A stretch of 64,000 nt of DNA from Eledone cirrhosa (taxonomy: Eukaryota): contig OZ024742.1 in NCBI GenBank assembly GCA_964016885.1, positions 299,894,001 through 299,958,000 on the forward strand, given 5' to 3'. Of the stretch, positions 1 through 11,611 are shown one piece after another. A program made the position numbers and the translations under genes. The notes beneath the pieces were generated by a model, which was not told the origin of the DNA, searched no databases, and saw nothing but the letters and a program-made list of their open reading frames with translations. Position 1 is the first letter of the stretch, and the number at the start of each line of letters is the position of its first letter.

Positions 1-16
1 ACTCTGTATGTTTCAG

Positions 17-103
17 GTAAAAATGGAAGCTTTTTACGTGTGATCCACTGCAGAAGCCTGGCAGACGAATATGACCCTAAAACTGCAAGGGTTCAGGAAT
101 TGG
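17..103 (+). CDS. NAE1: NEDD8-activating enzyme E1 regulatory subunit, internal exon (CKNGSFLRVIHCRSLADEYDPKTARVQEL)
   Basis: tttcag acceptor at 11-16 and gt donor at 104. The peptide matches the NAE1 FLRVVRCRSLAEEY region, and the phase joins the next exon. Confidence 0.9.
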
Positions 104-329
104 GTATTGAAACTTTTGTTATTTTATTTAACCCTGTGGTTGGCATTAGGAAGGGTAGCCAGTAGTAGAAATTAAGCCAAAAGCAGAGCATACAAGCAAG
201 ATGTGATCATCTGACCAGTCTAGCTGCAGTATCTGACAACCCATTTAACCCATGCAAACATCGACAATAGACATTAAACAGTGATGATGATACTGAAATG
301 CCTTGAAACCATCCTTGGTTATATGATGC

Positions 330-775
330 TGAAATGTTTATAGCCAGGTTAAAAAAGGGCTGGACGAAATTTAAGGAGCTAGTATCACTTCTAACAACAA
401 AGGGTTGACTGTATGATACTTCTGTGCAAACAGTAATGCTATAAGGCAGTGAAACATGGGCTTTGACTACTGAAAACCTGTGAAGGCTAGAAAGAAATGG
501 AGTATGCTCAGGGGGATGTGTAATATTAGTGTGCATGAACAATGTACCATAAGAAAAACTTGGTATAAGAGGAATTGATGTAGCATGCAAGAGGGAAGAC
601 TGTACAGGTATGGACATGTGGTGTGTATTGGATATAACAGCTGTATGAAGTACAGAGAAATCTGTAGACATTGGATGATGTAATGAAGACCAATCTTAAG
701 AAGCTGAACCTCATAAAAGATGACCAAGAATTGGTGACATGCTGTACTAGAGAAGATTCACCTCCCAGCATAAAG
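330..775 (+). mobile_element. Decayed RTE-clade LINE 3' fragment in NAE1 intron
   Basis: Degenerate version of the LYDACV..MLHGSETW..RRLERNE..WYGHV block seen in the RTE at 11612-13875. Confidence 0.75.
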
Positions 776-1313
776 GATGTGGCCTAAATCCTCCCCTACA
801 CTATTGTTTCTTAGTAGCTATTCTAATCATCACTGTATGCCCCCCCACTCTATTCAAGATTAACTATATATATATATATGTAACATCATTTAACATCTGC
901 TTTCTCTGCTAGCAAGGTTTGGACAGGTCTTTGAAGTGGGTCTGTTGACCTGCTGGAGAGGTGGGGATTTGGTGTGTCACTTACATGCAGTCCCATATTC
1001 TACTAAGTGCATTTATGGCACCAGCACAAGAGAGGGTATCATGTTTTTGACACAACTGACGGGGCCTCCCAACCTTTTGTTATGGCAAGTTTTTTATAGC
1101 TAAATGCTTGTCCTATCAACAAGACTACTGAGTTTATTGTGTTGATTAACTGAAGGGTTCTGTCAACACATTTTTGCATTGTTTCTACAGCAGGATGCTC
1201 CTCCTATCGCCAATCACCTTACCAGGTTTACTAATTGCACTTTTGTTGCACCAACACTAAAAGGGCGTCCCAAAAAATGTATGAATGTATATAATATTTG
1301 TATGTCTTTCCAG

Positions 1314-1453
1314 GACTCCAACTTGGAGATGAAGAAGACAATGATGTTGTATTTTACTTGATGCTGAGAGCTGCAGAACGTTTCTTTGAAGAATACAGTC
1401 GCTACCCTGGCTGGTATGATGATCAGGTTGAAGGGGACGTCTTCAAATTAAAG
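1314..1453 (+). CDS. NAE1: NAE1 internal exon (GLQLGDEEDNDVVFYLMLRAAERFFEEYSRYPGWYDDQVEGDVFKLK)
   Basis: ttccag acceptor and gtatt donor. YLMLRA...RYPG...QVE.D..KLK matches NAE1. Confidence 0.93.
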
Positions 1454-1617
1454 GTATTATTGGCTATATTATCTTACTAGACAGCTACCCAAGAAATTTA
1501 AGTCAGTCAGTCCATGCCTAACATTTTTTTTTAAATTTAAATGAGAATCGTTGTTTTCCTGTATAAATTTATTATTTTAAACACTAGAGCATTTGTAATG
1601 AAAATACAGTTATTTTT

Positions 1618-2100
1618 TCTTCTTCTTCACTCACTTATTCCTAAAAGGGTCATGAAGGCAGAGTCTTCATATATGCCTTCCAGAGTGTCCTATCAGAAGT
1701 AACCATCTCCTGTTGATCCAGCTGGATTCCCCAGCATGACCAGCTGAACTCCTAGATGTTATCCAACCATCTTGTTCATGGTCTACCCTTGGATCACTTG
1801 TCGGCTGACTGTGTCCATAAAATCTGTTCATTATTTCTTTCCTTAGAAATTCTAACCATATGTCCATAGTATCGGAGCTGTGATCTAGCAATTCAGAAAA
1901 GTAGCAGCTCTACCTGGGGTGACTCTGTCAAGTAACGTTACTCCAAAGACTCTTTGGAGGAACTTCATTTCAGCCAGCTGTATACTTTTAGTCATTACCA
2001 AATTAACGATAACATTTTTGATACCACTTCCAACCCAGCTGCGCATGTCAATCCTGTTCATGAAGATTATAAACAGGAGAGGTGACAGTACACATCTTTG
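1618..2100 (-). mobile_element. Rex3/Expander-like RTE LINE 3' fragment
   Basis: Homologous to 43376-43630 and 59934-60086 (KPTGRRPRGRP..W...WSRL.I.. block) with a (GAA)n tail. Confidence 0.7.
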
Positions 2101-2235
2101 GTAGGGTCCTTAGATGCACCTCTTTTTTACTTCTTAAAATTTTACTTGGTCAGTTTTTATCACACAGACCCATAAAATGCAGGAGTGATTTGAACCATTA
2201 GATGAGAGCCATAGATCTATTGTACCACATATACG

Positions 2236-2576
2236 ATCATCATCATTATCCTCATTTCATATTACGTCCGCTTTTTCCCTGCTTGCAAGGGTGGGACAGG
2301 AACTGATTCTGGCATGATTTCTACAGCTGGATGCCCTTCCTAACACCAACCTCATTTACAGTGAGTGCTGGGTGCTTTTTTGCCGTGGCACCTCCACGAC
2401 CACTTTGCAGTGGAATGATATGGACCCTAGTCCTATCATCTCATTTCTACAGCTGAGTAAACTGGAGCAATGTGAAATAAAGTGTCTTGCTCAAGGAAAC
2501 AACACATCACCCGGTCTGAGAATTGAACTTACAACCTTTCGATTGCAAGGCCAATGCTCTAACCACTAAGCCATGT
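2236..2576 (-). mobile_element. tRNA-derived CORE-type SINE (family A) with RTE-like 3' tail
   Basis: tRNA-like head with A/B boxes and a MIR-CORE-like body (ccttgagcaagacactt...cagctgtagaaatg). Nearly identical to 7376-7710. Confidence 0.85.
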
Positions 2577-2619
2577 AGATACTATGTATCTGCTTATCTG
2601 AAAACCATATTTTACAGAT

Positions 2620-3092
2620 ATGATTTAAGTACGAAAGGCCGGTTATATGATGCCTGTGTGAGGAGCGCGATGCTGCATGGTAGTGAGACTTGGGCAGCAA
2701 CTGCAAAAGATATGCGACGGCTGGAGAGAAATGAGGCAAGCATGCTCCGTTGGATGTGCAATGTCAATGTGCGTAAACAACCCAGCATGGATGTGTTGAG
2801 AGAGAAACTGTCTGAGAGGGATAGAATGTAGTGTGTGAGAGAGGAGACTGCGGTGGTATGGACATGTGATGCACATGGAGGATGACCGATGGGTGAAGAA
2901 GTACCAGGAAATGCCAGTTGTAGGAAGACGTGGTAGAGGTAGACCACGAAAAACATGGGCGGAGGTGGTGAGAACCGACCTCAGATCACTGAAGCTCACG
3001 GTGGAGATGACGAAGGACCGTGACAAGTGGAGAGATGCTGTGCTGAATAAGACCCGTCCCACTCTTGCAAGCAGGGAAAAGCGGACGTAAAA
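2620..3092 (+). mobile_element. RTE-clade LINE 3' fragment
   Basis: KGRLYDACVRSAMLHGSETW and GRGRPRKTW peptides; ends cttgcaagcagggaaaagcggacgtaaa. Confidence 0.88.
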
Positions 3093-3196
3093 GTCTGGCA
3101 GTCAGGATATGCCATACTCACTATCTATCTTTCTATCCTCATATACCTATAGATTCTGCTGATGACTACAGCGTTACTTTTTAAATTTTCTTTCAG

Positions 3197-3270
3197 ACAC
3201 ATGTTAGTAAGCTCCTAATGGAACTAGGCCTACCTTCAACATTGATCAAAGATGACTATATTCATGAAAT
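3197..3270 (+). CDS. NAE1: NAE1 internal exon (THVSKLLMELGLPSTLIKDDYIHEM)
   Basis: tttcag acceptor and gtaagt donor. KDDYIHE matches NAE1 KDDYVHE. Absent from the ORF track; read manually. Confidence 0.92.
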
Positions 3271-4184
3271 GTAAGTTATTAACATTTTCTTCTTCTTTGA
3301 CCACTTGATCCTGGGAGGGTTGTGAGGGCAGAGTCCTCAAATACTCCTTCCAGACCCTCTTTGGGGTCTTGGGATATGCAACTTTTGTGAGTCCATTCCA
3401 TGCCTCCCAGGACAAGTCACAGGCCTATCGCTAGTTTTTGCAGCATGAGCTCCAATATATTTTTCAAACAGCCTATCTACCTAAAGCCTGAATGCATCCT
3501 TTGTTATCCCGCACGAAGGACAATGCAGTATGGTTCTTCTTTGTTTTTGCTTTCCTCATCATATTGCTGTTTGAGTGGTCTTATTTGCACCAGTCACCAA
3601 TCTGGTACTTTTTCAAACCCGCAAAGATTAGGCTTTTTTAACATATTGTCTTTGTAAAAGATCTTATAAAATATGAAGCAGTTATGTTTTGTTGTAGGAA
3701 AGTTGACTTTCTGTAAAGCAAGACCAAACTCTATCTTCTTCTCCAGTTGTCCTTTAAATTTTACTCTGTTACTGATTAATCCCTTTGAGAAAGCTATTAA
3801 TGTTGTAAAAATTCTCTTTAAAGTTAAAACTGTATTAACCCTTTGAACTGTGGCCATACTTGTGGTCCCCAGTCCTTGGCTTCTACACTAAAATCACTGA
3901 AAAAATATTTGTCAATTAAACCTGAATGAAAAATAATAAATGGACAAACCTGATGACAATGCACACTACCATTGCACACCTAATTGTTCAAAACTGGCTT
4001 CTTTTGTTCTTTAATTAGTTTCGATCATTAAACTGTGGCCATGCTGGGGCACCACCTTAAAGGAATTTAATTGATCATATCAATCCCAGTACTTATTTTA
4101 TCAATCTCTTTTTCTTGATCCACTAAGTTACATACAGGACATAAACAATAAGTGTAAATATAGTCACACACAAGCGTGTATGTA

Positions 4185-4985
4185 TCATCATCATTTTTAA
4201 GTCCATTTTTCCATGCTTGCATGTCCTTCTCAGCACAACATCTCTCCACTTGTCTCATTCCTTCATCATCTCCTCTGTGAGTTTCAGCAATTTAAGGTCT
4301 TCCTCTATTGCGGCTTCCTTCTACTGGGATTTCCTGGCACTTCTTCACCCAGCAATTATTGTCCATGCACATCACATGTCTATCCCAACTCGGTCTTCTC
4401 TCCTGCACACCACCTCAGATTCCTCTTCTAACCCCAATTCATCCAAACTCTACGCATTTACAATGCACATCTAACAAAGCATGGTTGCTTCATTTCTCTC
4501 CAGTCTATGTAGGTCTTCTGCAGTCGCAGCCCATGTTTCCCTACCATGCAGCATCACATTTTGCACACAGGCGTCATACAGTCATCCTTTTGTATGTAGG
4601 GAGAAACCTTTTATTGTCAACAGTGGGAGTAGCTCTAAACTTTTTCCATCCTATCCTTATTTCGCTATTATGCTTTCAGAGCACCTTCCTCCATTGCTAA
4701 TTAAGTCGCCTAGATAGCAGAAGCTATCAACCACTTCTATGGGCCCTTCCTGTGACTGGAAAAGGTTTATATCACTGGTGCTCTTCCCCTCGGTTACCCC
4801 TGTGCATCTACTACATGCAACAAAGTCTTCCTTTCCTGTTAGGCTACCTGTTATCCTGCTACATTTCTTGTGTACCCAAGATTCACATTGTGTACATCAT
4901 ATGGAATTTATGCCTACTCCCTTTCTACACATTGAGTAGAGCCATTTCTCTGAAGGAATCAGGGTCCTAGCTTCTCTCCTACTCA
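4185..4985 (-). mobile_element. Decayed RTE-clade LINE 3' fragment, antisense in NAE1 intron
   Basis: Reverse strand aligns by eye to RTE 12700-13480; (GAT)n tail at 4185. Confidence 0.82.
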
Positions 4986-5354
4986 CACACAACAGACTTT
5001 GTGCAATTTTTGTTTACTAAATTTCACTGACAATGCATTGTTCAGCCTAAAGTTATAGCAGAAGACTCTTGCACAATGTGCCACGCCTCGGGACTGAACC
5101 CAAAACCACATAGCTGCAAAACGAACTCTTTAACCATACAACCATGTCTGCATCTATAATTATCACCATTTTCCATGCTGAGACTAGACCATGACTTGTA
5201 TATACTTTATAGTTTATACTAGGTTCATTATATCATGGCACTGTGTTATCACTTACAGCATGAACTGAGTACATTTTATTGTGACATATTTTTAATTTTA
5301 AAAAAAAATGTTTTTCTTGTTATTGAGCAAAATATTTTTATTCTTATTTTTCAG

Positions 5355-5514
5355 GTGTCGTTACGGTGCATCAGAGCTGCATTCCATTGCTGCATACATG
5401 GGTGGAGTAATGGCTCAAGAAGCCATTAAAATAATTACTGGACAATTTGTGCCTTTTAATAACACTATGATATATAATGCCATGAAACAATGTACAACCA
5501 CAATAGAGTTGTGA
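5355..5514 (+). CDS. NAE1: NAE1 last coding exon ([52 protein letters not shown])
   Basis: Polypyrimidine tract plus cag acceptor; conserved NAE1 C-terminus; TGA at 5512-5514; AATAAA at 5865. Confidence 0.95.
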
Positions 5515-6493
5515 GTTACCGGGTCTAAATAATATAACATGATTTACTGTGAATACCAATTCTGAATACTATCAATTTGAATAATATTACATTGTGAATT
5601 TCTGTGAATATCCGGTCTGAATAATATTAGCCTATGTATTACTATCAATACCAAGATTTTTTTTCGTACATCATCATGAACACGTCACCAGTGGTGTTGT
5701 TTCAGGTCTTTAAAAATCAAATACTCTCACCCAGGCAAGCCATCTAGAGTGGATCAAGCTTGTGTCCAAATAGCACTATTCTATGTAGTATTACATAATC
5801 TTATGTTATGAGTTACAGTCAGTATCAGGTCTGAATAATATCACATTCACAACACATAAATTGTAATAAATTTCATACACTACCCTAGAAAATACTTTTA
5901 AAAATACTCAAAACTGGAATATTTAGACCCAAATATTTCTTAGTAGAACACAACTATTTCGAATGTGTTAAAAACGGGATTTACCTAATGCATGTATCAC
6001 CATGATAAAAACAGGTGTTAAAGGATGGTGATAATGATACATGTAGTAGATTTACCAGGTTGTTAACAAATGAAAAATATTTAAAAGTTAATAATGTTGC
6101 TGTTTTGTTTAAAAAACACACCTTCAGACATACATATAAAACTCAATTTCTTTTCAGTTGAGATATGTGGCAAAGAATGTAAACTGCTTCAAGTCCAGTC
6201 CAGTACAATTTAATATTTTGCTTTGCATTTCAATCATTTTACATTCCCAAATATTATTTTTCTCAAGCTTGAATTAATTAAATAAATAACAACATCCATT
6301 TAGCCATCAGCTTTGTCTTTTCTGTGTGTTTCATTATTATCACATCACATCATCATTTCCATGTTTGCATGGGTTGGACAGATCACCATAATCTGAGTTC
6401 TTATTTGAAATTACTGCCCTCCTAGACAAGCTGAATAACTTCATGTATCCTTTAACCTGTACTGTACTCAATTGTCGAACTGTATTAGTTATG

Positions 6494-6715
6494 TCAGGCC
6501 ATGTACAATAATTCAGGTTCTGCAAGTGGTGCCCTGAAACTGGATTCTTCTTCCATTATCCTGATCTTCACTTTCTGTGGATCAAATCTCTCTCCATTAT
6601 AATCACTTGTCAGAAAACAAGCTTTAGCTTTTATCAGTGATGCATTCACAGCAAATAGATTATCGTAAACGATGCCTCCTATGATTCCTCCAAGAATGGG
6701 CCCCAGCCAGTATAT
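6494..6715 (-). CDS. AQP4-like aquaporin exon 4 (IYWLGPILGGIIGGIVYDNLF...LYMA*)
   Basis: Poly-T tract plus tacag acceptor; YWxGP TM6 motif; TGA at 6494-6496. Spliced protein is 306 aa. Confidence 0.92.
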   Translation of the reverse strand: MYWLGPILGGIIGGIVYDNLFAVNASLIKAKACFLTSDYNGERFDPQKVKIRIMEEESSFRAPLAEPELLYMA

Positions 6716-7375
6716 CTGTAAAAAAAAAATATTTGTTTAAGAACAGCAAAAGTTCTCTTTCCAATTTAACCTATTTTGTATCAAACCACCCATGGTTCTA
6801 TGAAACAAAGCTTTGTTTAAAAGAGTTTGTATTTATCTAAAAACCTACCATAATTTTATTTAAGAACCTTTAAGTTATGTTCCAAACACTAAATAAATAA
6901 TGAGAGATACATTAAATTTGTCCAAATTTTTTTATAAATAATGTCTTTCAGTAGAAATACAGTATTAAAAGTGTAACATTTGAAATTATAATGCATATAT
7001 ATGAGCTGGCATGGCTATGTGGTTAAGAAGGTTGCTTCACAACCATGTGGTACAATGTACAAGTGTTTTCTACTACAGACTTTGGTTGACCCATGCTTTG
7101 TGAGTGAAATTTGGTTGACAAACTATTTAAGATACCATTGTATTTTATATATATAGATATATATATATATACATACATGGACACGGGCACATACACATAT
7201 GAATGAGAAAAGTAAACAGAAACAACAAATTAAATGATACTGTATATATAAATAATGCATACGTATTATTCTTGTTGTTTTTTGTGAGGTCATGGCTTAC
7301 TGATACAAATGAAATTGTTCAACAATATTTCAATGGGAAGAGTTTGTAATGTACTTAATATATATATATATATAT

Positions 7376-7710
7376 GTGGAGGCACATGGCTTAGTGGTTA
7401 GAGCATTGGCCTTGCAATCGAAAGGTTGTGAATTCAATTCTCAGACCGGGTGATGTGTTGTTTCCTTGAGCAAGACACTTTATTTCACATTGCTCCAGTT
7501 TACTCAGCTGTAGAAATGAGATGATAGGACTAGGGTCCATATCATTCCACTGCAAAGTGGTCGTGGAGGTGCCACGGCAAAAAAGCACCCAGCACTCACT
7601 GTAAATGAGGTTGGTGTTAGGAATGGCATCCAGCTGTAGAAATCAAGCCAGAATCAGTTCCCGTCCCACCCTTGCAAGCAAGGAAAAAGCAGACGTAAAG
7701 TGAAATGATA
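7376..7710 (+). mobile_element. tRNA-derived CORE-type SINE (family A) in aquaporin intron 3
   Basis: tggcttagtggttagagc A box, B-box-like segment, CORE-like body, RTE-like tail. Older relatives near 10172, 25375, 27810, 45806-46050 and 58568. Confidence 0.85.
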
Positions 7711-7970
7711 AAAGGGAGAAAAATTTGCATCTGAAAAGAGGGTGATAACCCTGAAATATGTGAAAATACACTGGGCAAAACAATACTTTGTTTTGTTTTG
7801 TTTAACATGTTCTATTGCATTGTACCAGCTTTTAAAAAACTTATTGGTCATTTACTACATATATAAATATATTTGTATATATAGGATGTGCTGTGAAATT
7901 GAATCCTAAACCTTGTAGTAAACTTCTTAACCTTACATCAATTAAAATAGCTTAAAATAACAACACTCAC

Positions 7971-8051
7971 CCAGTGGTGTTTCCAAACTCCTCCAACTAC
8001 AGCAGAACCAAGGGATCTTACTGGATTGATTGAAGCTCCTGTAAATTTAGC
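7971..8051 (-). CDS. AQP4-like aquaporin exon 3 (AKFTGASINPVRSLGSAVVGGVWKHHW)
   Basis: 81-bp exon with ttttcag acceptor and gtgagt donor; second NPA box reads NPV. Same exon size as in classical aquaporin genes. Confidence 0.93.
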
Positions 8052-8454
8052 CTGAAAATAGATTAAATATATAAATACATCATCATTTTACGTCCGCTTT
8101 TCCCTGCTTGCAAGGGTGGGACAAGTTCTGTCAAAAAAGTATCCCACCTAAGCTCAGTGGTGCCTTCCTAAAAAGTAAACCATCTGAAATTTCCTTCACA
8201 TGTTTGACAGATGGGCCTTTCTCAAGACCAAGCCACCTTAAAAACAAAATTGAAAGCTAGTGAGAAATTGAAACTGAATCACAAAGTTTTATTCTACATT
8301 ATTCACCACAATCTCAGAAGAAAAAGGCCAACTGAATGGCAAGAAATCACTCCCTTGGACATACACACTCTCTCTCTCTCTCTGATATATATATGTGTGT
8401 AAGTCTCCGGGATAACTACAGTTAGTAAAGTACTCAAGACAGTAGAATGTAAAC

Positions 8455-8577
8455 ATATTTGATATAGAAATGGCTTCTACAGGACTAGAACAGTTTCATT
8501 CAAAAGAAATCATCAAGGACTTTCTTTTGAATGAAACAGTTCTAATCCTGTGGAAGCTATTTCTATATCAAACATAT
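8455..8577. repeat. Fold-back palindrome with hammerhead-like core, probable Penelope pLTR remnant
   Basis: ~55-bp inverted arms around an 11-nt spacer. Minus strand reads TTGATGA-tttcttttgaat-GAAAC-tgttcta-GTC. Related sequence at 25810-25892. Confidence 0.65.
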
Positions 8578-8948
8578 ATAAAACCCTTTCTGCTACAGTG
8601 GAATCTGAATCCTCTGAGCTGACCAGTCTCATGTAACTTCCACTCAAGTACTCTTGACTCATTGCTCCTCCCCTTGTCATCTATATTGTAACTAACAACC
8701 CCCTATCTCTCTCTCCGAGGCCTTGCACTGACCATTATGCTCAGTCAATCCTCTGGAACCCCCCCAGCCCATTTTTTTTTTTTTTTCTTTTCCTGCAGCC
8801 ATCAACTTATAATAATAATAGTTACCTTGCTCCAAATTAGTCTCTTAAATTCTTCTTTTGATGATGAGATTTTAGCCTAAAATATTAAGGACTATGAAAT
8901 ACCTCCAAGGTCACATTCCAACAAATTTCTTATCATTATTTTTAACAT

Positions 8949-9359
8949 TTGGCAGTATCGGTAGAGGGTCGGACGCCATGCTTTTTCAAGCATAGTTACG
9001 TCCCTTTACAATCTGAGTTCAAATCCCGCCGAGGTTGACTTTGCCTTTCATCCTTACAGGGTCGATAAAATAAAGTACCAGTAATGCACTGGGTAATTGC
9101 TGGCCTTGTGTCTAAAGTAGAAACAATTATTTTTAACATATAATAACGGTGGATTGACAGTATCAGTAAAGCATCAGACAATATGCTTTGTGGCATAGTT
9201 ATGGCCCTTTACAGTCTGAGTTCAAATCATTAGCCTTGCTTTTCATCCTTACAGGGTTGTTAAAATAAAGCCCCAGTAATTAATGCAATGGGATCGATTT
9301 AATCAACTTTCCCCTCCCCTAAAATTGTTGGCCTTGTGCCTAAATCAGAAACCATTATT
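8949..9359 (+). mobile_element. Tandem dimer of tRNA-derived SINE family B
   Basis: tggcagtatcggtagag A box, gagttcaaatcc B box, body gcctttcatccttacggggtcgataaaataaagtaccag, tail agaaacaattatt. Confidence 0.85.
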
Positions 9360-9732
9360 TTTAACATTTAACCCTTTAGCATTTAAATGAGCTATATCCA
9401 GCCAGATTTCTCTCACCTCTTTCTGTTCAAACCAGCTGTAATTGGCTGCTCATACTGATGTTAAGGTATTGCTCTCAAAATAAATAATATCATAATCTCA
9501 TAGATTCGATATTATGTGAGATAAAGCCATTACCGCGAAAATATAGTAAATATAGAGTAATGTAAATGCTAATGGTTTAATGTCCTATTGCATTGCTGTA
9601 ACCCTCTAAAAAACACACTATTTTCTGTAAGTACTGGGCTATGATTGATATCATTAACTAAATCCCAGGTGCCCCATATAGCCTCAATCTAATGATGAAA
9701 ACAAGTAAAAGAATAAAAGAATAAATACTTAC

Positions 9733-10128
9733 TCCCATTAAAATACAAGCCACAATAACAATTCCAATTGTAAGTGGGAATGATCCTCTGTGGTCTGAGC
9801 GTCTCGTATCAGAAGTGGCATATACAGTCATTACAAGGAAGAAAGCCATAAAGGACTCCACTAGCATTCCTTGAACAACACCAACATCATCAGCTAGAAC
9901 TGTCGGGCATAAATCTGCAGTTTTGTTTTGAGGAAGAACAGCTAGTAAAAGAGCAGCACCTGTAACTCCACCAACAGATTGAAATATCATATAGAAAACA
10001 GCACGAGCAAAACTGATCTTGCGAGTTAACATCAGTGCCAATGTGACAGAGGGATTGAAATGGGCCCCACTAGTTTGTCCAAAAATCCATACCAAAGTAG
10101 CCACTGTGAAACCGAAACCAATTGATAC
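9733..10128 (-). CDS. AQP4-like aquaporin exon 2 (TM2-TM5, SGAHFNPSVT)
   Basis: ccag acceptor and gtaagt donor; 132 codons; MIP signature with NPS. Confidence 0.93.
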
Positions 10129-11611
10129 CTGGATTAAATAGAAAATATATTAGTAATGTTTTATTATAAGGTGTGGAGGCATATGGCCTAGTGGTAAGAG
10201 TTTTGGACTTATGACCATACTTTTGTGGGTTCGATTCCTCGGTTGTGTTCTTGAGCAAAACACTTCATTTCACATTGCTCCAGTGTACTCAGTTGAAAAT
10301 CAATACCAGCAGTAGCTGGGGCTTTAACCCTGCAATCAACTGGCATCCTACCGGGGGGAGTTTTGAACTCTCAATTATTTCAAGCCACTAAACCGGGATA
10401 AGCACTGGCCTATGATTTAGAGAGAGATATAAGGAAATACATTTTTCTGCTTTCTGTTAGAAATGACATGTACATACCTTGAATGAGTGGAGACACAAAA
10501 GCGTAGTGAGAACTCTTTAGCTATCTGGATACAAGGAAGCATTTTTAGCACTGGTCCCATGATAAACTACACCCAACTTCCCTGTAGTTGGTGCAATGAT
10601 AAAATGTACCCAGTACATGCCATAAAGTTGTTGACAAATATGATAATGTGGAGTCAAGAGGACTCTTTAATCTGGCTGAGGACATAACAACCTCTCTAGT
10701 GTTGGTGCTATGATAAAACACATCCAGTAACAGTAGAAATTATAGGAAAAAGATGATACATCTGTGAGTCAGTGGTTGTGAAGGTCCATTAGTTTCGACA
10801 ATGAGTGTTCCAGTATTTTTATCAACTGATCACAGAAATCATAAAATGAATGTGTAAATAACTGAATATTCCAAGCATATATACACCCTTAATGTAATTC
10901 TCAGGGAGATTCAGCATGACCTTTGAATTACAGGTACACTTTGTTTAACAGACTTCCAAACCGTTTCCATCTACTCACAAGGCTATGATAAATGACATTT
11001 ACACAAGATGCCACATAATGAGATCAAACCTCAAATCTTATGATTTTACTACAAACTTCTGAAGCATTTAACCATACTGCATAAAATTCATGTGTATATG
11101 GCTGAGTATTCCACAGATATGTGTACCCATGACATATATTTCAAACAGAATCAGTGTGATACAATGTGATAAGGCTTGACTTGCTGGTGCAATCCAGCTT
11201 GACATGGGTCAACCCATGGCTATGGTAAAAGACACATGACCATCCAACCATATCAGTGGTTGTAGCTTGGTGAGAAGAGTTTTTTGATAATCACCCAGAT
11301 GGCTTTTTGTGGAACATAGTGATTGTTTGAGATATTTTGTGTATAACAGGTTAAAACAACAGCAATGCTTCTGTTCAGCAACAAGAACTACATCCTGTCA
11401 GTGAGTACACTAGCCATCTCATAGTACTCCAATTGAGATTTCCTCTCACTTCTATCATTCGTCAGTCTCAACCTTTGCGACGCAAGGGGAGTAATTTAAC
11501 AGGTCCTTAAATGAGTTTGAACCTGGAACTATTATTTTGTTCTTTTATTGCACCCAAAGAAAAGATTATGGCATATGACCAAAAACGATTATGGCATAGG
11601 ACCAAAAACGT

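Noticed and set aside
7376-7450. tRNA-Cys-like gene
   Set aside because: It is the head of SINE family A. It has no proper acceptor stem and continues into the CORE body.
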